Assembly: GCA_008632985.1 (NCBI GenBank)
Contig: QPGO01000189.1
Location: forward strand, 62,001 to 105,128
Length of the DNA: 43,128 nucleotides
Origin: Psammoneis japonica
Lineage: Eukaryota
Direction of reading: 5' to 3'
Made by a program: the position numbers and the translations under genes. Of this stretch, positions 34,505 to 43,128 are shown one piece after another (positions within the stretch are counted from its first letter, which is position 1; each line of letters opens with the position of its first letter). The notes beneath the pieces were generated by a model. That model worked only from the letters and a program-made list of their open reading frames with translations. It was not told the DNA's origin and ran no database searches.

Positions 34505-35662
34505 CTACTGAAACTTACAATCTACAAGCTTTTCACTGACATTCCACAGCGCCTGTGCCGTTTTAGATCCATTTGAGCCATCATTGGGTAGTCTTGGTTT
34601 CGTGTCTTGGTAGCCCACAAACGGTCCAAGCATCTCAATAGCAGGAAATGGCACCTTGGACTTGTCGAAAAGCCGGTATGGTTGTAAATACAGTGTTTCG
34701 GGTGAAAACTCATCAACCACGGCTGCAACAGAAGTGTATGACCCCTTTTCTGGTGAAATGTAAACCAGTTTAAACGCTTGAACCAACAACCTCGGATAGT
34801 CTCTCCAAATGTCGGAAAGGACGGAACCTGGATTGACTGCAATAGACCTCAATCCTTTTGAAGCAAAACGCCGATTAAGTTCCATGGAAAACAAAATGGC
34901 AGCCAATTTGGACGAGCTGTAGCTATTCACTGCCTTGCCGTATGTTGCTTGCTGGAGCCACCAAGCTTCGTCTTTTGCTCCGTTCCCACAAAAGTGATGA
35001 GTAACCGAAGATAAATTGATCACACGTCCACGTCCATCATTTATCAGGGCTGGCATGAGTTGTTGTGTCAATAGAAAATGTCCGAGAAAGTTTGTCTGGA
35101 AACACATATCCAAATTCCTTTCCGATTGTCCGTCTCCGTTGGTTCCCGCATTGTTTACCAATGCATCAATCTTGTTGTATCGACCAAGTATCACTTTGGA
35201 AAATTCTCGAACCGAATCAAAGCTGCCGAGATCAAGCGGATGAACAAAGACAGCCTCTCCCGCATGCTCTCCGGCGCAGGCTTGTTGAATCTGTTCAACC
35301 GCCTTTATTCCCTTTTCGCGAGATCGACAAGCAAGAATAACCTCGTACCCCCTCTCCACAAGCGCCTTAGACGTTTCAAACCCAATGCCCGTGTTGGAAC
35401 CCGTAACGATTACTACTTTCTTGCTCGTCACGGGTACAAACGGCACTTTCCTAGGTTCCAATCGCAGGGATGGAAAGGGGCGAGCACAAAAACATGCAAG
35501 GTGTGCTACCGCGGAGTACACAACAGCAAGCGGTGAAAAAACTGTGGAGAATAATGCGTTCGAATAAAACGGCGACGCTACTGCCGTGGATGGGATCATT
35601 GTGTAAGAGATCAACACACCGAGTAAAGCCGACGACAAGGCAAACAATCGCAACGGCGACAT
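34505..35662 (-). CDS. Short-chain dehydrogenase/reductase (retinol dehydrogenase-like)
   Basis: VTGSNTGIG, LACRS, LDLGSFDSV, LVNNAG, TNFLGHFLLT, YSSSK. Confidence 0.92.
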   Translation of the reverse strand: MSPLRLFALSSALLGVLISYTMIPSTAVASPFYSNALFSTVFSPLAVVYSAVAHLACFCARPFPSLRLEPRKVPFVPVTSKKVVIVTGSNTGIGFETSKALVERGYEVILACRSREKGIKAVEQIQQACAGEHAGEAVFVHPLDLGSFDSVREFSKVILGRYNKIDALVNNAGTNGDGQSERNLDMCFQTNFLGHFLLTQQLMPALINDGRGRVINLSSVTHHFCGNGAKDEAWWLQQATYGKAVNSYSSSKLAAILFSMELNRRFASKGLRSIAVNPGSVLSDIWRDYPRLLVQAFKLVYISPEKGSYTSVAAVVDEFSPETLYLQPYRLFDKSKVPFPAIEMLGPFVGYQDTKPRLPNDGSNGSKTAQALWNVSEKLVDCKFQ

Positions 35663-35952
35663 TGACTACCGGTACTCCATACCCCCTATTGTCGGAGGGA
35701 AAAATTCAAAAATTTCGAAATAAATGTAATGATGGGCAGAGGAGGTTTCCCGCGCAAAAGTCACAGCCAGACTGACTCACAGAGGTTGAACAAGGTGCCG
35801 AAGAGACAAGACGAGCGACCAGGTGTTGTTCGTTTGTTGTATTGTACTTCTTCCTTCTTCCTATTTGTTGTTTGTGGAGGCCAACCCCACAATCACATCG
35901 TTATACTATCCTTATTGTCGTATAGTTGTACCTCATCCCATCATAGTCTACA

Positions 35953-36578
35953 ATGGTGTGTATTCGAATGGCAACCGTTGATGATTTGCTACAAATGCAA
36001 ACCACCAATCTTTGGTGTTTGCCAGAGAATTATCAAATGAAGTACTACTTTTATCACTTGCTCAGTTGGCCACAATTGCTATGGGTTGCCGAAGATTTTG
36101 ACGGAAAAATTGTCGGTTATGTATTGGCGAAGATGGAAGAAGATGAAAAGCAACCTCGTCATGGTGAGTTTTGAAGAAATGTGTGAATCAAACGATGCGG
36201 TTGTGTATCTGTGCTTGCTAACGTCTGCTGCTGTTTATACTAAACATCTGTTTTTCAGGCCACATTACGTCTCTGTCTGTACTACGGACTCACCGTAAAC
36301 GCGGTATTGCCACTGCCTTGATGAGACGGTCTCAATTGGAAATGGAAGAAGTCTTTGAGGCAGAGTATGTGAGTCTCCATGTCCGTGAATCCAACCGTGC
36401 CGCCATTCACCTTTACAACAAGACGCTTCAATACGAAATCAATGATGTTGAAAAGGGATATTATGCCGATGGAGAAGATGCGTATGATATGCGTTGTACC
36501 TTTAAGAAGAACAAAAAACAAGATGGAGTTAAGGAGATTACCAAGGGCGTTGAAAAACAGGTGAAGGTGTCCGCCTAG
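35953..36578 (+). CDS. NAA10: N-alpha-acetyltransferase 10 (NatA catalytic subunit, ARD1); intron 36164-36258
   Basis: [32 protein letters not shown], spliced [42 protein letters not shown]. Confidence 0.96.
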
Positions 36579-36755
36579 AGATAGCATTCCCATCATTTAA
36601 CTTTGTCCTTTATCTGCACAATCTATCTACACTTGTTTATTCGTCTTCTTCCCAATCTTCAAAGTCCACCACTTTGCTTGCGGCCTCTTGGCGAAAGGCC
36701 GTCAATCCAGACGTGTTTTTCCTGTGCCGCATCTTCTTCTAGATCTTCTTCTAGA

Positions 36756-36887
36756 GCATAGTGAGCCGTAGTTCTTAGCGCTTGTTCACTCAATCGAATC
36801 GTGTCGAGCTTTTCTTGACAATACCGCACCCAAAACGAAGACTCCACCGTCGATGCAAACGGAGTATTTTATATTCAAATGCTCCAT
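36756..36887 (-). pseudogene. Probable 5' fragment of an ATG7-like gene
   Basis: PFASTVESSFWVRYCQEKLDTIRLSEQ..AHY fits the ATG7 N-terminal pattern (PFxSxxxxxFWxxxxxxKLxxxRLxE, recalled); the frame ends at 36659 and needs a small indel near 36862 to reach an ATG. Confidence 0.5.
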
Positions 36888-36908
36888 GCACGAGAGACAT
36901 GTAATTTA

Positions 36909-38950
36909 TGTTCAAAATGGATTGTCGTTTTGGAGTTTTGTGTGTCACCTGGGACTGGAACACGTCGCTCGCACGCATTTTCCCGCCACCGGAGCACCCG
37001 GAATCGCCATTGTCGCGAGTCGTCGTCATTTTTGACCATTGTGACCTCAAACCCGGATTGAGTCGTTTCGAACTGTCCGAGTCTCTGCCAAGTCAAGACT
37101 GGCCCCTCAAATCATTCTGCGACGATGCTGATCGCTGCTGTTTGATTGTTGAGTTTCCGGCAAGTCTACGAATGATCCGATGTCAAGAGCTTCCATTTGA
37201 CATTTCGTTTTGAATTCCACGCACATTTGCCACCAGATCCTGCGCTGCAAGCCATCTCTTTGATGTGTGTCAACCATGGCAAGCAACACATCAGGTTCTG
37301 CACTGGTCCCGTCTGCAGCGGGAACCACAACTGCCACTGCTGCTGCTGCTGCTGCCACCCCTGTCACTGCGAAACGCGGCAAAATTCACCCTGAGTGTGG
37401 GCATTTCATGGGCGGATCGCCACCAAATGACGACTGCAAGCTCAAGCTCACTTGGTGCTGCCATTCCACCAACCAGTCTCATGACAAGAAGATCCTTCCT
37501 TGCATTGAGCGCACTCTTTGTGAAGTGAGGGATGGATCGGACGTCATCAAGTTTGACAGAAATGTTGAGCTCGCCAAGGACGGCCTCAACGAACTTGATC
37601 AAGCTCATTTTGTTCAAGCTCTTTGCATCATCATCAAGGAACACAGGCCAGAGATCTTCTTTGTTGTGAAGCTTGATGGCAAGGTTGTGTCACTCTTTGA
37701 CCATCGCCACTCGTTCTCCGTTCAAGATGTCATGACGGAACACAAGGAATGAGTCGATCTTCCTCTCCCAATTGGTTGTCAAGTCTTGCATGTCCTGTTG
37801 ATTTCGAGCAAAGATTGAGGTCCAGCACGGTCATGACAATCTGTTCAAGCACTGTCCAGGCCAAGTCTGCCTCATGATGGCCTTGGATGCTTGCAATGCG
37901 TCCACCATCCATGATGTTGAACAAGCCGCCGAGGATCTCAGTGCCTCATCACTCTTGTCTCACCCTGGGTGAGGACGTTTCCAAGTTTGCCACCAAAGCA
38001 CTCTGTCTCACCAAGCTTCTCCAAGCCGGACATGCACCGCCAATTGATCTCGGCTCTGATGTCCTGAAGAAAGGTCTCAAGACGTTGTGCAAGGCTTTCA
38101 ATCACAAGATCTTCACCATGTTGGACAAGGTGTCACATGTGGAACAGAAGTGTTGTCTCAGTGATCCCAAGGCACCTGCCAAGGACTCCGCCTGTGATGC
38201 TCTCAGACCCACTGCGTGCATCACACATCTCCAACAGCAGCATCACTTTTATGTCACTGAGATGAAGATTGGCCAGGGGGGCTCTCTGCAATGCTGCCCC
38301 AGAGCGACAATGCTTCCAAGACCCCTGGCAATGGGGGGGCTGCAATGCCTGTGGAGCAAAGGACCACTGGGCTGACAATCCCAAGTGTCCTGAGCATGCG
38401 GAATGACAGAAGCACAGGAACGAAAAGCACAAGGAGCGATGCAAGAACAATCGCAAGGACAACCCTGCATTGCCTCCTGCCACAACACTGCCTCCTGCAT
38501 CCTCTGTTGCAGCTGACACTGTCCCTGCTGAGAAGCAACCTGAGCTCAAAAGAAGTTGCTCACCAACGAGCCCCATTGTCACACTCGCCTGGTGGATCTG
38601 TCCAAGCCTGTTGTGAACAAGTGTGGTTTGACCACCCATTTTTGTGGAAAGTGCACGTGCAAGCACACCGGCATTCAAGGGATGCACACAAATCACAAGG
38701 AGTCAGATCATGTTCACAAGCCACCTGAACAAGAGCCACCTGCAGCCAATCTTGCCTCCATTGATGACCCGGATGTGGGCACCCCACCTGGGCCACCCAT
38801 CCAAACTGCTCCTGGTGGTCACGAGTCAACAACCGAGTCTGATTCACGGATGACGCTTCCGGTCATGGATCTCTTCTTCCGGAAGAAATGTCCGTTGAGT
38901 CTTCTAGCGACAGCAATCGGAGTGACACACACGACCGTCAGGTCATGATG
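36909..38950 (+). mobile_element. Decayed Copia 5' portion: putative LTR/leader (36909 to about 37200) and broken gag (37276 to about 38860)
   Basis: TpA depletion begins at TGTTCAAAATGG (36909); fragments ELDQAHFV..DGKVVSLFDHRHSF, GEDVSKFATKAL..FNHKIF and HFCGKC..GMHTNH align in order with the gag at 39284. LTR end not established. Confidence 0.7.
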
Positions 38951-39283
38951 TCATCTCCAATCCCTTGTGAGATCTTCTCACAATTCGCATCTTTGGCGCA
39001 TCTCATTGTCCCAAAACTGCTTCTTGTCATCCTCTGTTGCATTGCACAACCTCAAGAGAGTCCTGAACTCTCCATCCTACACAGTGCATTGTTGCATCCC
39101 AAATGGTTGCGACCCCAATCCACGCACCGGTGTCAACTCGTGATGGAGTTGCTGCCACTCGTTCGTCTCGTTACAGACGACATCCTGTCCAACGGCGATC
39201 TTCCACATCGCAATCCAACGGCGATCATCCATGTCGCAATCCCTGCCCACTGATCGATCCTCCACATCGAATCATCCACAACC

Positions 39284-42200
39284 ATGTCTATGGATCCAGA
39301 TGCCGTCAAGATGTTTGCTGAGGCCTTCGCCAAGATGCAAACCTCGACCAACCCTCCTGCGATCCCCACGCCGCTTCGTGGCGGCATCCACCACTCTCAT
39401 GGAGTGCATCTGGGTGGTTCGGCTCTGAACAACAAGTGCGAGCAGACCGACACCCGCACCCACCGTTTTGCCTCGCAACGTCGCCATCCGAAAGCTGTCG
39501 ACTCTATCGAGCGATCTCTCAGAGATCAACTCGCTTCGGCAACCACATCCAAGTTCAATGGCCAGATTGAGTCATCCAACGGTTCCAGCACTGAACTGGA
39601 CAAAGACCACTTCGTCAAGACCATTCAGGACTTAATCGAGTCGCACGGACAAGAAACTTTCTACCATCTCAAGAAAGTCGACGGCAAGGTCGTGCACCTT
39701 TTTGATCATCTTCACGCCTTCACTGTCAAAGACCTTGAGAAGGAACATGAGACCCGTGTGGTGGCTGCAGGTGACGAAGGCTACGATCAGCATGAAATCG
39801 ATGACATCGGCTTGTCACAACTCATCGTCAAGTCGCGCATCACCGAAACCTTCCGTGAAAAGATTGAAACCAAGTTTAATCACTTGAAGAACTACAAGGA
39901 TCTACCAGGGTCTGTCTTGTTTATGATGGCTCTGGACACCTGCAACGCCAGTGCTCTGGTTGACGTCAAGGCCGCCAAGGAAAAGTTGAACGACTTAACT
40001 CTGGACAACTGCCCTGGCGAGGACTGCACCGAGCTTGCAACCAAAGCTCTGCGCCTGCTCAAGATCATGCAGACGGACCATGCGTTGCCAGTTGAAACTG
40101 GGTCTGCTGTTTTATCTAAGGTGTCAAAGACATCCTCCGAGTTTTTCAATCGTCAAGTTTTTGCCAAGCTCGACTCCGTCAAGCGCTTGGAGCGCAAATG
40201 TCGCTTGCGTGACCCGGCAGAAGTCCCCAAGGATGCCGACTGTGCGGATCTTGGACCTGTTGGCCTCATTGGCTGGATCACCAAGACCCATGGCGAACTC
40301 ATTGGCGATGAAGATTGGCCTGCCTCAGCAGCCAAGCTCCCGGAATCCAACCTCGCCAAGGACAACTCGGAAAAGCATTGCTGCGGCTGTGGCAAGGTTG
40401 GGTGCACCAAACGCACGTGTCCTGCCTGCAAGGAGCAATGCAAGAAGGACAAAAAGGGCACGGCGGACAAGTCCAAGGATGACCCTCCGGATGTCCGGAA
40501 GACTGACCCTTCCAAGAAACCACCCAAGCCGGCCTGGCGTTTCGTTCACAAAGGTGCCACTGTCACTGACGAGCAAGGCACGACCTGGCACTGGTGCGAC
40601 AAGTGTGTGAACAAGGAAACAGGCAAGAAGGGCATGTGTCAAGGCCACTCCTCCGCTCAACACACGGGGAAACCGTCTGTCAAAACCGAAACCACCGCTG
40701 CGGCAAATTTATCTGCTGTGTCGGACCCCTCTTCGGGCATTCCTTTTGGCCCTCCCGAGCAGACGACGTCTCCGCCTACAGACGAACCCTCCGACCCTAA
40801 CGAGCTGGTTTATTGTGGCATGTGGTGTGCACCTGTGGACGACTCTTTGAGTTCGACTCCAGTGACTACGACCATCACGTTCACTCCTGCTCCATCGGCC
40901 GAGAGGGAGACTGCCGTGGCCAAACCCGCTCCCATCTTGGTTGAAACGGTTGACCCCGAAGACGCTGACGATTGCTCCGAGTGCTCCGACGCTCACTCCT
41001 CTTTTGACTCCCTACCGTCAGCTATCGAGCCATTTCCGGCCTATGCTGTGCATGAGATTCAAAATCCGGACGTGTTTTATGACACGATCGCAACTCACGT
41101 GGAAGGTCTGTCCGACGACGTGTCAGACGATCTCGTTTCCGGGGCAAGCATCCCACCTTTCGAAGACAGCTACGAGCACTTACCTCCAAGCACCTAGTGT
41201 CGCGGTTTCGAATTTTACGATCCCGAACCCCAAGATGTTGATTGTGGCGTCGAGGAGGCAACGCCGAGCTCTCATCTTGAGCTCTTCTGGAACTTCTTGA
41301 AGCTCCGAGTTTTCTGGCTGTTTGCCATGTTCTGGGAAATGGCACTGCACATTTGCTGTGCGCCGATTCCTGTCTTACCTCGTCGCACACGCCGTAAGGC
41401 ATTCATCCCAACCATTCACGGTTTCCCCTCTACCTGGATGGTGCTGACTGGAGCTGTCATGGTCTGGGCGTCTGTTTTCAATGGTCAGCTTCCCACATGT
41501 CCATTCTCCAATGTCCCCTCTCGCTTCTCCAAAGCCAGCTCTCAGGTCCACTCGATCATTGAAGAACTGGACGACAAGACAGTGTTAGATCCGGGCAGTT
41601 TGGTGGAACACAACAAGATCAAGGCGCGACAAGTGCTTGCCAAATTTGTGGAGCGCGATCCAGACCATCATCTGAGCAAGAAATTCACGCAGCTCTGGGA
41701 GAACGACGCATGCTCTTCCCCAGGCCGCTGCATCCCTCCAGCTCTAGAAGACCCTGAGTCCCACTTCGACACCTGTGATTCAGAGGAAGCCCTCGGCCCG
41801 CTCCCGACCGAGCCGAGCCACTACTTTGATGCGGTTGAGGAGCTCTCTCCGGACTATTTTCGTTTCGACGAGCTGTCCACCAAGTTTGGTTTCGTGGACA
41901 CCACTCCATGGCAAGACCCTGTGAAGCTTCTCCAGGCAGCTACTGACGGAACCGAAGCCCATCCTGCTCATACCTCCACGCAGGTGTTGACAGGCCAACG
42001 TTCTTTAGCACAACTCGCCGCCGACCCGCAAGCTTTGCTGAGCCTGGCACATGAGCGCCACACCGTCACATGCGATGCTGGCGCATCCTTGGCCATTGCT
42101 TACGATGAAAACGACTTTGTCGGACCTCTGACGATCCCTGATGGCCCATTGAAGCTTGGGGGTCTAGCAAATGGCTTAACCATCGCCGGCATCGGACCCG

Positions 42201-43128
42201 TCTCCTGGGTTTTCCATGATGAGGACGGCTCTGAGCTCGTCGTCAAGACGATGGCGTGCCATGTGCCTCAGGCCGGACAACGTCTTCTGTCCCCACAACG
42301 CCTCTACAGTGAGGAACATGGCNNNNNNNNNNNNNNNNNNNNNNNNNNNNNNNNNNNNNNNNNNNNNNNNNNNNNNNNNNNNNNNNNNNNNNNNNNNNNN
42401 NNNNNNNNNNNNNNNNNNNNNNNNNNNNNNNNNNNNNNNNNNNNNNNNNNNNNNNNNNNNNNNNNNNNNNNNNNNNNNNNNNNNNNNNNNNNNNNNNNNN
42501 NNNNNNNNNNNNNNNNNNNNNNNNNNNNNNNNNNNNNNNNNNNNNNNNNNNNNNNNNNNNNNNNNNNNNNNNNNNNNNNNNNNNNNNNNNNNNNNNNNNN
42601 NNNNNNNNNNNNNNNNNNNNNNNNNNNNNNNNNNNNNNNNNNNNNNNNNNNNNNNNNNNNNNNNNNNNNNNNNNNNNNNNNNNNNNNNNNNNNNNNNNNN
42701 NNNNNNNNNNNNNNNNNNNNNNNNNNNNNNNNNNNNNNNCCAGGCCAAGCCGTCAGCGTGGATCACTTCGAATCCCGTCTCCTCGGCCGAACCTGCGACT
42801 CCTGCGGGAAGGCCTCGTCCCAGCAATGCAAAGGAGGCTGCATTTTTGTGGATCATGCCTCCGGTTACCTGCACATTGAACACCAACTTGGTTTCTCTGC
42901 TGTGGAAACGGTGCGAGCGAAGCAAGCGTTTGAAAAGCACGTGATGGACCACGGCGTCATCATCCAAGAATTTCTTGCCGATTCTGGCGCTTTCAAGGCC
43001 AATGCTTTTGTGCAACACATGCGACAGCACGAACAACGTCTACGTTTTTGCGGAACCAACGCCCACCATCAGAACAGCGTCGCAGAACGCGGCATTCGCT
43101 CCGTCTCCAACATGGCGAGAGCGATGCT
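39284..43128 (+). mobile_element. Copia (diatom CoDi-type) gag-pol: gag, in-frame TAG at 41195, protease, integrase; runs off the window
   Basis: Gag with knuckle-like CCGCGKVGCTKRTC and WHWCDKC..H..H; protease site VTCDAGASLAI (42074); integrase PGQAVSVDHFES..IFVDHASG..FLADSG..AHHQNSVAERGI from 42740, in the same frame; integrase follows protease as in Copia. Confidence 0.92.
42323..42739. other. Assembly gap (N run)
   Basis: Seen directly. Confidence 1.

Noticed and set aside
42176..43036. Long ORFs spanning the N run
   Set aside because: Artefacts of the gap; the real frame is the plus-strand pol.

Overview
Eukaryotic nuclear DNA, most likely a pennate diatom (ASAF-type bipartite plastid presequences, short GT-AG introns, diatom-type Copia elements). 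Two gene-dense host blocks (about 1-13.1 kb and 27.7-36.9 kb) encode a membrane-anchored protein kinase, a signal-peptide-bearing HU-like protein, a Cys/His-domain putative regulator, phytoene synthase, a 2H phosphoesterase, a degenerate 2OG-oxygenase-like protein, a SHAQKYF-class MYB, ferredoxin sulfite reductase (with a C/D-box snoRNA in its long intron), a small plastid protein, an SDR and NAA10. They alternate with repeat-derived blocks (about 13.7-27.4 kb and 36.9 kb to the end) containing Copia LTR retrotransposons. The main observation is that the repeat blocks have almost no TpA. Conserved retroelement Tyr codons have become Cys or His codons (e.g. RT YVDD reads HADN), so TpA has been converted to TpG/CpA on both strands. 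Surviving TpA sites are mostly Y-TA-R, and the right-hand element has lost TpA while keeping CpG. This looks like a repeat-targeted A-to-G hypermutation process distinct from 5mC decay and opposite in direction to fungal RIP. All counts are by eye and need computational confirmation. Several host-gene frameshifts look like homopolymer assembly errors.
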